Shown here in pieces: positions 25,616 through 35,609 of a stretch of DNA of 64,000 nt. Numbering within the stretch: the first letter of the stretch is position 1; each line of letters begins with the position of its first letter. The translations under genes were made by a program, and so were the position numbers. The stretch is from IMG/VR virus record IMGVR_UViG_3300013093_000017, positions 62,001 through 126,000 of that record. One strand, given 5' to 3'. The notes beneath the pieces were generated by a model. It saw only the letters and a program-made list of their open reading frames with translations, made no database searches and was not told the DNA's origin.

Positions 25616-25989
25616 AAAAAGAATACGCAATTAAAGATACTGTATGGATACATAACGGTGAACGAGCACTTGTACAAGGTCGGGTAGTCGAAGTTATAGA
25701 CTTATCCCACCTAGGTGAAGGACACTCTGCTGATCAGGAACTTTATATAATTGAGATTCCTACTGGAATTGATGACATTTACGAAGTTCGTCCATATGAT
25801 CTAATCAGCCCAGATGCTAAAGGACCAATTGCGCTGTTTAGAGATACCGAAACTCGACGTGCTAATCGGTTATTTAGAAAAATGGGAATGGATGCTCCAA
25901 TAGGTGAGGAAGTTACAGCATTGATTGCCGATACCCCAGCTACTGAATCTAAACCTCGACGTAAGTATTACAGAAAACCAAAGAAGTAA
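25612..25989 (+). CDS. Hypothetical protein
   Basis: Overlapping start/stop with neighbour. Confidence 0.7.
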   Translation: MKKEYAIKDTVWIHNGERALVQGRVVEVIDLSHLGEGHSADQELYIIEIPTGIDDIYEVRPYDLISPDAKGPIALFRDTETRRANRLFRKMGMDAPIGEEVTALIADTPATESKPRRKYYRKPKK

Positions 25990-26244
25990 ATGGCCATAGA
26001 TGTTCGTATCCTTCCTAGAGGAAAGAAATGGGCAGTAATTATCGATGACTTTGTTGATGATGATCATTTATTATATCCCGATAATGTTGAAATTGGACTC
26101 TTACAAGAGATCATCGATTGGACTATTCAAACGCTAGAGACCTGGCCGAATGTTAATAGAGGGAGCTACGATATGTGGATCTTCCAAAAGCGCAGAGATG
26201 CAGAAAAATTTACAGTGTTATATAATTTAAAATGGGCCAAGTGA
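25990..26244 (+). CDS. Hypothetical protein
   Basis: Packed ORF. Confidence 0.65.
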   Translation: MAIDVRILPRGKKWAVIIDDFVDDDHLLYPDNVEIGLLQEIIDWTIQTLETWPNVNRGSYDMWIFQKRRDAEKFTVLYNLKWAK

Positions 26245-26537
26245 GATGTAAAGTAATCAACGGTGTAGTGCATGAAATACATCGAGTAGTTGTTCATCGT
26301 TTTGAAATTAATGAACAACATTCCAACCCTGATCTGTTTGCAAAAGGATATCTATACCATTGGCAACAATCTACTCCAGACGGACAGTTTATAACCGAAC
26401 ACGCTATAGATGAAATAGATTATGAAAAATACCTTGATCCATTGACCTATGACTATAAAGCTGTTATAATAGCAGAAATCGAAAAGAAAAAACTAAGTGA
26501 ATATTATTTAAGATTTCCAAATAAAGGAACAGTATGA
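26232..26537 (+). CDS. Hypothetical protein
   Basis: Packed ORF. Confidence 0.65.
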   Translation: MGQVRCKVINGVVHEIHRVVVHRFEINEQHSNPDLFAKGYLYHWQQSTPDGQFITEHAIDEIDYEKYLDPLTYDYKAVIIAEIEKKKLSEYYLRFPNKGTV

Positions 26538-27364
26538 GAAACTATTGGAGTTGCAGTAAGTTTGCAGATTGGCTACGAGGCACTGACAAACTAGACAGCG
26601 GTACAAGCAAAGAGTGGAATACATGGCGGCGTGCGAGCAAACAAGCACATCCTTTCCGCTTCTGGCTAGTTGAAGAAGGATTAGATAAAGTACAGGACGT
26701 ATTCCGCTGGCTTCCAGAACGCATTAATGATGTACGCTACTACTTAAACAATCGCTATGAAGCAAAGACACACGCACTATCAAGTCGGTTAGCCAAAGGC
26801 AAATGGCACGAGTATGAAGAACGCTTACTGCACTGTACCTTTGATAGCTTTGTAGATTTCATTGAAATTGAAACTGCTTGGAGTCACTGTATGTGGAGTG
26901 ATAAGGATTGGGACGACTTTAATGTACCATGGTGGAGACGTCAATGGTATACCCGTTGGTTCCTCACTTGGCGCTGTCCCGAAGCAGCCGTTGCCCACTT
27001 AGAGTGGGAAATGACTCTTAAGTATGACGATGAGTGGATCAAGCAAGATGATCCAAACTATGGCAAACCTACACATCAAGCAGAAGCCGCAAAAGAAAAA
27101 TGGGCATTATACTACTGGTGGAAATATGTTCGTCCGCATCGTGTAGATGCTATGGAATATTGTGGTTGGAGTGAATACTGCGAAGACCGTAGAAAGGCTG
27201 TTGGTGAAGATGATTGGATATTCGATGAAACCGAACAACCTAAAGATAAAGAACGCAGTCGCAAAATTCTAGATGCCATGGATCGTCTTGAAAAGCAATA
27301 TGATTCAGAAGATGAAGAAATGCTAATTCGTCTTATCAAACTTAGAAAAAGTCTCTGGACTTAG
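26534..27364 (+). CDS. Trp-rich hypothetical phage protein
   Basis: 276 aa, SD AAGGA. Confidence 0.75.
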   Translation: MRNYWSCSKFADWLRGTDKLDSGTSKEWNTWRRASKQAHPFRFWLVEEGLDKVQDVFRWLPERINDVRYYLNNRYEAKTHALSSRLAKGKWHEYEERLLHCTFDSFVDFIEIETAWSHCMWSDKDWDDFNVPWWRRQWYTRWFLTWRCPEAAVAHLEWEMTLKYDDEWIKQDDPNYGKPTHQAEAAKEKWALYYWWKYVRPHRVDAMEYCGWSEYCEDRRKAVGEDDWIFDETEQPKDKERSRKILDAMDRLEKQYDSEDEEMLIRLIKLRKSLWT

Positions 27365-27367
27365 TAC

Positions 27368-27396
27368 TTGACCTTTCCCTCAGTTGGTGCTATAAT
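27368..27396 (+). promoter_or_regulatory. sigma70 promoter
   Basis: TTGACC-17-TATAAT. Confidence 0.75.
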
Positions 27397-27429
27397 AAGT
27401 ATAGTGAGTTAACAATTGAGGGAAATACA

Positions 27430-28596
27430 ATGGCTGAACAAAATAAACGTGTACCTGTAGCAAAAGATCAAAGTCCAAAGTGGGACAATGCTGATAAAAT
27501 GACAGCATCTGAATTCTTAAAAACATTCCGTGACAGCATGGCTTGGTATCGTTTAGAAAGCACAGGCAAAGAACTCAAACCTAAAATTATCAATTGGATG
27601 GCTGCTAACGGCTACACCAAAGAACAAATCGCAGAATTCAAAGCAACTAAAGATTGGCGCAGTAATACTACCATTGGTGGTATTGCTAGTTGTCTATTAA
27701 AAGGTATGCCAGAGGTACATCCCGGCTTTAACGAAGGTCGTAATACTGCTACTTGGTTAAAATCTCGTATTGCAGATATTATGCGCGGTGGCAATGATGA
27801 TGTTGACGAAGAATCAGTTGATCCAAAAACACCTAAGGTTATGGCACCTGTTGTGAATATTCAAATTCGTATTCGTGAACAAGCTGGTACTATCAGTGAA
27901 GATTTAGATCATGCTATTGATTCATTTAATAAGAATCCAGAAGCTTTTGATCCAAAAGCATTTAAGATTGTGAGTTTATTACGTGGCAAAGGTGCTAAGG
28001 CAGCACAGGCACGTTATATCAAAAGCTTCTTTGAACGTGGACATGCTGAACTATTAGAGTTAGCAGGTGGTAGCACTGATGAACAATTAGTAGAAGGCTA
28101 CAGTCATTTAAGCAAAAAGAATCTTAAGAAACTACTAGACTTCTATGAAGGCATTAAGGCAGCCTGTGATCAGATTGCCGCAGAAGCTAAAGTTATGAAG
28201 GCACCGCGTGCTAAGAAAACTAAACCTGCAGAAGAGTTAGTTAAGAAACTTAAGTTTCATAAGAGCGATGACAAATTAAACATCACCAGTGTTCCACCAA
28301 CTCAATTAATTGGTGCAAGTGCCGCAGTAGTTTATAATATCCGTACTCGCAAGATTGGTTATTATATTGCTGTAAATACTAGCGGTCTAGCAGTTAAAGG
28401 AACAAGTTTAACTAACTTTACAGACAAATCAACACAAAAGACTTTACGCAAACCACCAGAACAGATTAAAGAGTTCAAAACAATGAACACTCAAAAACGT
28501 TTTGAAACTTGGTATGCTAAGGATGTTAAGACAACTGAAACCGTACTCAATGGTCGCTTTAACGAAGATACGGTAATTTTGAAAGTATACAAATAA
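27430..28596 (+). CDS. Hypothetical phage protein
   Basis: 388 aa, SD GAGGG; C-terminal KTLRKP...NGRFN. Confidence 0.8.
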   Translation: MAEQNKRVPVAKDQSPKWDNADKMTASEFLKTFRDSMAWYRLESTGKELKPKIINWMAANGYTKEQIAEFKATKDWRSNTTIGGIASCLLKGMPEVHPGFNEGRNTATWLKSRIADIMRGGNDDVDEESVDPKTPKVMAPVVNIQIRIREQAGTISEDLDHAIDSFNKNPEAFDPKAFKIVSLLRGKGAKAAQARYIKSFFERGHAELLELAGGSTDEQLVEGYSHLSKKNLKKLLDFYEGIKAACDQIAAEAKVMKAPRAKKTKPAEELVKKLKFHKSDDKLNITSVPPTQLIGASAAVVYNIRTRKIGYYIAVNTSGLAVKGTSLTNFTDKSTQKTLRKPPEQIKEFKTMNTQKRFETWYAKDVKTTETVLNGRFNEDTVILKVYK

Positions 28597-29021
28597 TGCC
28601 AATAGGTTGGGATGAAGTACAACGTATAAAACGTGTAGAGGCCAAGGCTAACGAACTTGGGTTTATGTTTAGTACAGGCAGCTATTCTTATGGGAAAGAT
28701 GTTATTAGTTATATTTGTCTAAAGCCCAAGGATACATGCTTACCACATTATAGTCGCGGTGCCGAACTATTTACAGGCACACTCGATGATATTAATACCT
28801 GGTTGCGTGGTATTGAATGGGCTCGTAACTATGACGAGATGCTTAAACTATCTAACAGTAAGAAGCGTGAAGCTAAAGAGCAAGTTGAAAAGAATAAGCA
28901 ACTAATGAAAACTCTTAAAACTGGTAAGTTGGTACAAGGTATCAATCCGGGCAGATCGCTTGAAGAAGCATATGATGAAGATTACGATGATGAAGAGTAT
29001 GATGATTCATTGCCTTTCTAA
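28596..29021 (+). CDS. Hypothetical protein with acidic C-terminal tail
   Basis: Ends DDEEYDDSLPF. Confidence 0.75.
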   Translation: MPIGWDEVQRIKRVEAKANELGFMFSTGSYSYGKDVISYICLKPKDTCLPHYSRGAELFTGTLDDINTWLRGIEWARNYDEMLKLSNSKKREAKEQVEKNKQLMKTLKTGKLVQGINPGRSLEEAYDEDYDDEEYDDSLPF

Positions 29022-29403
29022 TAGTCGCGACCTTGTGCAGGATCTAAAAGCATCCGAGCTAATTGTAGCTAAATGCCGTGAGGATCGATATGCTCAAAAT
29101 CTATACGCAGCCTTGTGTAATATGCAGTGGCAGCGTACAACTCCATGGATCAAAACTGCAGGCGAACTTGCAGTGTTAGATGATTCTTCTTTGTGGTCAT
29201 GTACTTGGCGCTCAGCAGGTGGTATTGTAGCAGAACTACAGGGTCGAGGTGATTACCTAAGTTGGTACTGTAGTGGCATGGGACGTGGATACTCGCCTGA
29301 TGACGAAATAGAGGAAGGCTTTGTCAGTGAAAGCACTGTAACAGATGAAATACGTAGTGATCTAGCTAGTTTAGGATGGTACCCAGTGCCTTGGAAGGAT
29401 TAA
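28960..29403 (+). CDS. Hypothetical phage protein
   Basis: YAQNLYAALCN, WRSAGGIVA, DYLSWYCSG; true start probably downstream. Confidence 0.7.
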   Translation: MKKHMMKITMMKSMMIHCLSNSRDLVQDLKASELIVAKCREDRYAQNLYAALCNMQWQRTTPWIKTAGELAVLDDSSLWSCTWRSAGGIVAELQGRGDYLSWYCSGMGRGYSPDDEIEEGFVSESTVTDEIRSDLASLGWYPVPWKD

Positions 29404-29595
29404 ATGTTTAAACCAAAACTAATTAGACGTAAGGTCGCAAGAGAAAAGTTAATGATGAATAATCCTAACTTCTATCGTCCGGTGATTAGAGCGCAGTACG
29501 GCACTGAGATTTACTATCGTTGGAACTGGTGGGGATTGTTTGATCGTAAAATCAAAACAGTTTGGCAGCATCAAAAAGATTGGGGTATTCAATGA
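29404..29595 (+). CDS. Hypothetical protein
   Basis: SD AAGGA. Confidence 0.6.
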   Translation: MFKPKLIRRKVAREKLMMNNPNFYRPVIRAQYGTEIYYRWNWWGLFDRKIKTVWQHQKDWGIQ

Positions 29596-29780
29596 AGAAG
29601 TTCGTAGGTTATATAGCAAGTTGGACACTATATTGGTTAGGTGATTTAGTCAGTAAACCTATGCATTGGACTTATGGATATCGTTTATATCCAGTGTATA
29701 ATCGCTTGATGATTTGGAGTACTGACGTACAAGATTGGGCCAATGTTAACGGCCCGTGGAGTGAAGAGGGGAAAAAATAA
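29592..29780 (+). CDS. Hypothetical protein
   Basis: ORF 29562-29780; likely start 29592. Confidence 0.6.
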   Translation: MKKFVGYIASWTLYWLGDLVSKPMHWTYGYRLYPVYNRLMIWSTDVQDWANVNGPWSEEGKK

Positions 29781-30040
29781 TGGCAACATATCAAAGTTTT
29801 TCATTTAGTGTAGAAGAATACGCAGAAGAAATGACAGCACAGACTCACCGTACTATAGATTGGATGGTGAATAACGGCTATATTGACAAAGAAACTTGGG
29901 ATATACTAACAGGTACATTAGTAGTTACTCCTATATCAAATAAGAAAGGGTGGGGTAAGAAAATCCTGCAGAGATTCTTTGGTAAGAAAGACCCAGATGG
30001 GCAAACATTTGTCTTTCCGATTGTGCAGTTAGAAGAATAG
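29780..30040 (+). CDS. Hypothetical protein
   Basis: SD GAGGGG. Confidence 0.65.
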   Translation: MATYQSFSFSVEEYAEEMTAQTHRTIDWMVNNGYIDKETWDILTGTLVVTPISNKKGWGKKILQRFFGKKDPDGQTFVFPIVQLEE

Positions 30041-30126
30041 TATATGGGCCCAACAGATAACCCGGAACCAAAAGGTAAACCAAATTTATCAGTAGTAAAA
30101 AATATTAATCAACCTAAGGAAGAAAA

Positions 30127-30753
30127 ATGAACCAAGCATCACTAGTACCAATGGTAGTTGAAAAAACAGGTCAAGGCGAGCGTGCTTTTGATATCTTTTC
30201 AAGACTGTTAAATGAACGTATTGTATTCTTAAATGGTCCTGTAGATGATCACTCAGCTAATCTTGTGGTAGCACAGTTACTACATCTTGAAAGTAGCGAC
30301 AGCGACAAGGATATTCACTTGTATATTAACAGTCCAGGCGGTAGTGTTACTGCTGGATTAAGTATCTATGATGTTATGCAGTTTGTTAAACCAGATGTGG
30401 CAACTTACGTAATGGGACAGGCCTGTTCAATGGGCAGTTTCCTTGCACAAGCGGGCGCCAAAGGCAAGCGTTTTGTTCTGCCAGAAAGCCGTACAATGAT
30501 TCACCGTGTTAGTTCAGGTACTCCCGGCACACGTGGTTCAGTACACGTACAAGAACTACAGTTTGAAGATGCTGTACGTAGCATGGAAGAAAGCCGTCGA
30601 TTAAACGAACGCCTAACAGAATTGTATGTACGTCATAATACTGCGGGCAAACAATACGATGAGCTATTTGAAACAATGAAGTTTGATACATTCTTATCAG
30701 CAGAAGAAGCAGTAGCCTATGGTCTTGCTGATAAGGTGGTTGCTTCTCGTTAA
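30127..30753 (+). CDS. clpP: ATP-dependent Clp protease proteolytic subunit
   Basis: [39 protein letters not shown]. Confidence 0.95.
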   Translation: MNQASLVPMVVEKTGQGERAFDIFSRLLNERIVFLNGPVDDHSANLVVAQLLHLESSDSDKDIHLYINSPGGSVTAGLSIYDVMQFVKPDVATYVMGQACSMGSFLAQAGAKGKRFVLPESRTMIHRVSSGTPGTRGSVHVQELQFEDAVRSMEESRRLNERLTELYVRHNTAGKQYDELFETMKFDTFLSAEEAVAYGLADKVVASR

Positions 30754-30754
30754 T

Positions 30755-31576
30755 ATGAAAGCGGTATTAGGTATTACATTAGTTGGACTGTTATTAGTCA
30801 GCAGTCCAGCTGATGCTAAACACCGTAAGGTCTGCGCCTTGCCTCAGAATAAGATTCTTGCCACTAGTTATTTGGTACAGGATTTAGATTCGGGCGAAGT
30901 GCTGGTAGAAAAGAATAGCTCAGAAGTGCGCAGTATTGCCTCTATAACCAAACTAATGACTGCTATTGTGGTATTAGATGCCCAACAAGATCTTAATGAA
31001 CCAATTGAAGTACGACCGCTAACGGGGGTACACTCTAGAATTGTACATCAAACCCTTACCCGAGGTGATTTACTATTGTTGGCTCTAATGAGTTCAGATA
31101 ATCTTGCTGTTAAAACTCTGGCTGTAAATTATCCAGGTGGTGAAGAAGCAGCAATCGAAGCAATGAATCGCAAAGCCTACGACCTGGGCATGAATCACAC
31201 ACACTATACCGATCCTACTGGATTAGATGAAACTAACGTGAGCAATAGTAAGGATCTTTCGAGGTTATTAAACGTAGCAGAAACCTATCCTTATATATCT
31301 TATGCCAGTACCAATCCTAGTAAAGAGTTTGAAGTTCCGGGAAAAAGGCATCCTATTACGCTGTTTTTTCATACAACCAACCGACTGGTAACATCTATCC
31401 CCGATATTGTGGTAAGTAAAACAGGTTGGATCAACCGCAGCGGTGGATGCTTGATTATGAACATACACGACCAAGGTCGGCGCCTAGCTGTAGTCCTGCT
31501 AAATAGTAGAAACACTCATACTCGTCTGCGAGATGGTGAACTACTATACGGACTACAACATGGTAAAAATATTTGA
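30755..31576 (+). CDS. D-alanyl-D-alanine endopeptidase (peptidase S11, PBP7-like) with signal peptide
   Basis: SITK (SxxK), SDN (SxN), KTG motifs; hydrophobic N-terminus. Confidence 0.88.
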   Translation: MKAVLGITLVGLLLVSSPADAKHRKVCALPQNKILATSYLVQDLDSGEVLVEKNSSEVRSIASITKLMTAIVVLDAQQDLNEPIEVRPLTGVHSRIVHQTLTRGDLLLLALMSSDNLAVKTLAVNYPGGEEAAIEAMNRKAYDLGMNHTHYTDPTGLDETNVSNSKDLSRLLNVAETYPYISYASTNPSKEFEVPGKRHPITLFFHTTNRLVTSIPDIVVSKTGWINRSGGCLIMNIHDQGRRLAVVLLNSRNTHTRLRDGELLYGLQHGKNI

Positions 31577-32579
31577 ATTTAGCGGCAATGACATCAACGG
31601 TGGAACAATTACTAATTTTGCCAGCACGGGCATAACTGATAATAGTACTAAGCAATCTTTAGTTGTCGAAGACGACAAGATCACAGTTAAAACAGCAACT
31701 ATTGACACACTTAATCAAGGCATTACCATCAAAGGCGATGTTAAGATCTATGGTATATTAGATGCTGGATTTGTTCGTACTACAGAATTCATTACCAATC
31801 AACGCTACGAAAAACAATACCTAGAATTTTCTAATCCCAGCGGTGAATCAGCAGGTACTGGACTACTTTGGTTAGGTGCTCAAAATCGTCAATTCGTATT
31901 CATGCAGAATCCAGACCGCTTTTGGTCAACTGAAAATTTCGATCTATTAGGTGGTAAATCATACCTTATTGATAGTACTCCTGTATTGTCAGCAGATACG
32001 TTAGGACCAGGAGTAGTTAAGAGCAGTATTCAATCAGTCGGCACACTTAACAGTCTTGCTGTTGCAGGTGAAGTTACCATTGATGATCATATTTTCTACA
32101 ATCCAGTATCACAAAGATTAAGCATTGGACAAGAAAGTGGCAATGGTCTATTAAGCGTCTACGATTACATCAACAACGTTGAGGTAGTACTTGATAGCAA
32201 CGAATTAGGACACGGTGTAATTGGTACCTACAGCACCAAGGCACTTGACATTATCACAGATGATCAAACACGTTTAAGTATCAGCGAAACTGGCAATCTA
32301 ACAATTGGTAACGAATATAAAGATAGTACAGTAACTCGCGTCTACGGCAAAATGGGCGTAGGTGTAAAGAATCCTACAGAACAATTAGAAGTAGCAGGTA
32401 ACATCAAATTTGGCAATCGATTGTTTGCCAACGGTAATTCAGCTCCTATAGACGGCAGCTATCAAATTGGTGACATCGTTTGGAACTCTAATCCGCGTAT
32501 TGATTCATACGTTGGATGGGTATGCATCACAGGTGGTGCTCCAGGGCAATGGAAACCATTCGGTAAGATCGAATCATAA
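31560..32579 (+). CDS. Probable virion structural/tail-fibre-related protein
   Basis: beta-rich; MGVGVKNPTEQLEVAG repeat and GDIVWN...GWVC...GQWKPFG C-terminus. Confidence 0.6.
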   Translation: MVKIFEFSGNDINGGTITNFASTGITDNSTKQSLVVEDDKITVKTATIDTLNQGITIKGDVKIYGILDAGFVRTTEFITNQRYEKQYLEFSNPSGESAGTGLLWLGAQNRQFVFMQNPDRFWSTENFDLLGGKSYLIDSTPVLSADTLGPGVVKSSIQSVGTLNSLAVAGEVTIDDHIFYNPVSQRLSIGQESGNGLLSVYDYINNVEVVLDSNELGHGVIGTYSTKALDIITDDQTRLSISETGNLTIGNEYKDSTVTRVYGKMGVGVKNPTEQLEVAGNIKFGNRLFANGNSAPIDGSYQIGDIVWNSNPRIDSYVGWVCITGGAPGQWKPFGKIES

Positions 32580-32638
32580 TCTGCCACTAAAATTCCCTGT
32601 GAAGCAATATTAAATATTGTTTTACAGGAATACTCATT

Positions 32639-32977
32639 ATGGCACATATCACTCAAAAACTATCATCTTTCAGAGACCATCTCATTAAATTAAATTACGA
32701 CCGTAAGGTCTGGCTGTTTCTTAGCGGAGGTGCATTCTTCGCTATTGTAGGAATCATACTTGGTTGGAATAAACTAACCGTCATAAATTCAAATGTCATT
32801 TGGACAATTATCGCACTTGGCGCTATTATATTAGCAGTTGCTTGGTGGTATTGGACTATGATGCTAATACGCAAACTACTCGAGATTCAAATTGATGTAG
32901 TTGACATTCTTAAAGAACTAACTACTGATATTAAAGTTATCAGAGTAGAAGTAAAAGATATCTTTACTAAAAATTAG
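32639..32977 (+). CDS. Two-TM membrane protein
   Basis: Two hydrophobic segments followed by a coiled coil. Confidence 0.7.
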   Translation: MAHITQKLSSFRDHLIKLNYDRKVWLFLSGGAFFAIVGIILGWNKLTVINSNVIWTIIALGAIILAVAWWYWTMMLIRKLLEIQIDVVDILKELTTDIKVIRVEVKDIFTKN

Positions 32978-33044
32978 CGGTCTTGGTGTCAACCCGCTTG
33001 ACAAATTCTGCCACCTATGTTACAATTATAAATCATCATAGGAG
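32976..33044 (+). promoter_or_regulatory. preQ1-I-like pseudoknot with SD-sequestering hairpin, overlapping a sigma70 promoter
   Basis: AGCGG/CCGCT stem, loop TGGTG can pair with TGCCA, CCTATG/CATAGG covers the SD; TTGACA(32998)-17-TACAAT also present. Confidence 0.4.
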
Positions 33045-33050
33045 ATAGAT

Positions 33051-33083
33051 ATGGCTTGGGTAATTGATAAAACGTTTGAATTT
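33051..33083 (+). pseudogene. Orphaned 5' end of ancestral queD
   Basis: SD AGGAGA, MAWVIDKTFEF aligns with MGYKFTIDKEFSF at the start of 33873-34418. Confidence 0.7.
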
Positions 33084-33112
33084 GACATAAATATATCAAA
33101 CAGGAGTCTGCT

Positions 33113-33883
33113 ATGTCAAAATATTATGTGTACGAATATCGCCATCCACTAACAAATATTCCGTTCTATGTAGGTAAAGGAACAGGAACTCGTATGTACA
33201 AACACTTAAACGAAACTAAAGACAATACAGAAAATTACAAGAAGTGGGCATATATACAAGGGTTGCGAAACAAAGGATTAGAGCCTATAATAGTAAAAGT
33301 ATTTGAAACTGATTCGTCTACCGATGCGTATAATGAAGAAACAAAATTGATAAAACTTTATGGTAGAAGAGATATAGACGAAAACGGAATTCTAACTAAT
33401 ATATGCGAAGATAATAGGCCACCTAAGACTACTGGACCCAGAAGTGAAGAAACAAAATTAAAGATGTCTCTTGCTAAAAAAGGAAAACCCAACCATCAAT
33501 TAGGGTTAAAGAGGTCTAAAGAAACTAAACAGAAAATAAGTTTAGCCAATAAGGGCAAGCCCGGCACAATGACAGGCAAAACACACACTGAAGAAACTAA
33601 ACAGAAAATTGCTAACTCAAATAAAGAAGCGTGGACAGAAGAAAAGAGAGAAGAAGCAAGTAACCGAATGTTAGGTAAACAGTTTACAGAAGAACACAAA
33701 CAGAAATTGTCAGAGTCGCATAAAGGGAACATTGCGTCTGATGAGACAAAACAAAAGATGAGCAATGCTCAAAAATTAGCAAGTGTATCAAGAAGTAAAA
33801 TAGTATCAGAAAAACTTAAAGGCAAACCGTGGTCAGAAGCACGCAGAGCTGCACAACTTAAAAGGAAAACAAATGGGTTATAA
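33113..33883 (+). CDS. GIY-YIG homing endonuclease with NUMOD3 repeats
   Basis: YYVYEY..PFYVGKG..R; repeated SEETKxKxS motifs. Confidence 0.85.
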   Translation: MSKYYVYEYRHPLTNIPFYVGKGTGTRMYKHLNETKDNTENYKKWAYIQGLRNKGLEPIIVKVFETDSSTDAYNEETKLIKLYGRRDIDENGILTNICEDNRPPKTTGPRSEETKLKMSLAKKGKPNHQLGLKRSKETKQKISLANKGKPGTMTGKTHTEETKQKIANSNKEAWTEEKREEASNRMLGKQFTEEHKQKLSESHKGNIASDETKQKMSNAQKLASVSRSKIVSEKLKGKPWSEARRAAQLKRKTNGL

Positions 33884-34418
33884 ATTTACAATAGACAAAG
33901 AATTTTCGTTCGAGATGGGACATCGGGTATGGGCACAAAAATTAGATCGCCCGGATTTAAGTATCGAAACTGAATGTGCGTGTAAACATCTTCACGGACA
34001 TTCTTATTCCATCAAAGTATTCTTAGGAGCAGATACCTTAGATCAAAGTTCTATGGTAACAGATTTTAAGAACTTAAACTTTATGAAAGAGTTCGTAGAT
34101 AGTGTGTTAGATCATAAGTTTATGATCGATATCAATGATCCTAATTTCCAAATTATCACAGCTACACAAATTGCTCCGCCACTGCCAGAACATATTCCAA
34201 ACTTCACTAATTTATCTTCTATAATTGACGGAGATCATTTCCATCATTCCATTAGATCACATTGGGGTGGTTTCGTATTAGTGGACTTTGTTCCCACAAG
34301 TGAAAACATCTGTAAGTATCTCAAACTATATGCCCAAGAACGCATCGGTGATTTTGCTAAAGTAACAGCCGTTGAACTTTGGGAAACTAAGAAATCGCAT
34401 TGTCGTTACGAAGATTAA
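33873..34418 (+). CDS. queD: 6-carboxytetrahydropterin synthase (QueD/PTPS)
   Basis: GHRV, CKHLHGHSY, DFK..LDHKF, PTSEN, ELWET. Confidence 0.9.
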   Translation: MGYKFTIDKEFSFEMGHRVWAQKLDRPDLSIETECACKHLHGHSYSIKVFLGADTLDQSSMVTDFKNLNFMKEFVDSVLDHKFMIDINDPNFQIITATQIAPPLPEHIPNFTNLSSIIDGDHFHHSIRSHWGGFVLVDFVPTSENICKYLKLYAQERIGDFAKVTAVELWETKKSHCRYED

Positions 34419-34419
34419 T

Positions 34420-34626
34420 ATGTTATTAGGATGGGGCAGTGACGCATTCACTGAAGCAGAAGAAAGAGCAAAAGAAAGGAATAGTATAAACGACAAGGAA
34501 TGGTTAGAGAAAGTAGATACTGCTTTCAAAGTATATGAAGAAAAGTTTGGCCCTCAAAACAATGCTGCGGCATTTATAGATTGGCTATTTAAGCAGTACG
34601 GTATCGTACACAAGGATAAGAATTGA
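34420..34626 (+). CDS. Hypothetical protein
   Basis: ORF 34372-34626; likely start 34420. Confidence 0.6.
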   Translation: MLLGWGSDAFTEAEERAKERNSINDKEWLEKVDTAFKVYEEKFGPQNNAAAFIDWLFKQYGIVHKDKN

Positions 34627-35555
34627 AAAAGATTTTAGTTACAGGCGGTGCTGGATTTCTAGGAAGCCACCTTTGTGAACGTTTAGTCAAAGAAGGGCAT
34701 CATGTGTTATGTGTTGATAATTACTTTACTGGATCTAAGAGTAATATTGAACACCTGTTAGATTACAAGAACTTTGAAGTAATGCGACATGATGTGTGTC
34801 TTCCGTTATATGTTGAAGTAGATGAGATCTATAATTTAGCCTGTCCAGCAAGCCCGATACACTATCAACACGATCCAATCCAAACTACCAAAACTAGTTT
34901 CCTTGGTGCTTTCAATATGTTAGGACTGGCAAAGAGAACTGGTGCCAAGATTCTACAGGCCAGTACTAGTGAGATTTACGGTGATCCATTAGAGCATCCA
35001 CAAACTGAAGAGTATTGGGGCAATGTAAACACCATCGGTACACGTAGTTGTTACGATGAAGGTAAGCGTGCCGCAGAAACATTATGTTTTGACTATTATC
35101 GTCAACATGGTGTTCGTATCAAAGTTATTCGTATTTTCAACACATACGGTCCTCGAATGGCCAAGGCAGACGGTCGTGTAGTCAGCAACTTTATTGTACA
35201 GGCCTTAGAAGGTAAAGACCTTACTATCTACGGTAACGGTGACCAAACCCGTAGTTTCTGTTATGTAGATGATCTAGTTGAAGGAATTATTCGTATGATG
35301 GCCACTGATGATACTGTGTTAGGTCCTGTTAATTTAGGTAATCCAAACGAATTTACCATTAGAGAGCTTGCTGAAAATGTACTGGCACTTACTGGCGGTA
35401 ACAACAAACTTGTACAAGAACCACTGCCTAGCGATGATCCTCAACAACGACAACCAAATATAGACCGTGCTAAACAGTTATTAAATTGGGCGCCTACTAT
35501 TCAATTGAAAGACGGATTGATCAAAACGATTGAGTACTTTCGTACAGTTACTTGA
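34623..35555 (+). CDS. UDP-glucuronate decarboxylase (UDP-xylose synthase)
   Basis: [42 protein letters not shown]. Confidence 0.92.
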   Translation: MKKILVTGGAGFLGSHLCERLVKEGHHVLCVDNYFTGSKSNIEHLLDYKNFEVMRHDVCLPLYVEVDEIYNLACPASPIHYQHDPIQTTKTSFLGAFNMLGLAKRTGAKILQASTSEIYGDPLEHPQTEEYWGNVNTIGTRSCYDEGKRAAETLCFDYYRQHGVRIKVIRIFNTYGPRMAKADGRVVSNFIVQALEGKDLTIYGNGDQTRSFCYVDDLVEGIIRMMATDDTVLGPVNLGNPNEFTIRELAENVLALTGGNNKLVQEPLPSDDPQQRQPNIDRAKQLLNWAPTIQLKDGLIKTIEYFRTVT

Positions 35556-35580
35556 CAAAACCAATAGAGCATGTTATAAT
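35552..35580 (+). promoter_or_regulatory. sigma70 promoter
   Basis: TTGACA-17-TATAAT. Confidence 0.8.
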
Positions 35581-35609
35581 GTTTTATACTGTTAATTACA
35601 AGGCGTTAA

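Noticed and set aside
33083-33912. Group I intron splitting queD
   Set aside because: The insert is almost all endonuclease ORF with no space for a ribozyme core, and queD has its own duplicated start.
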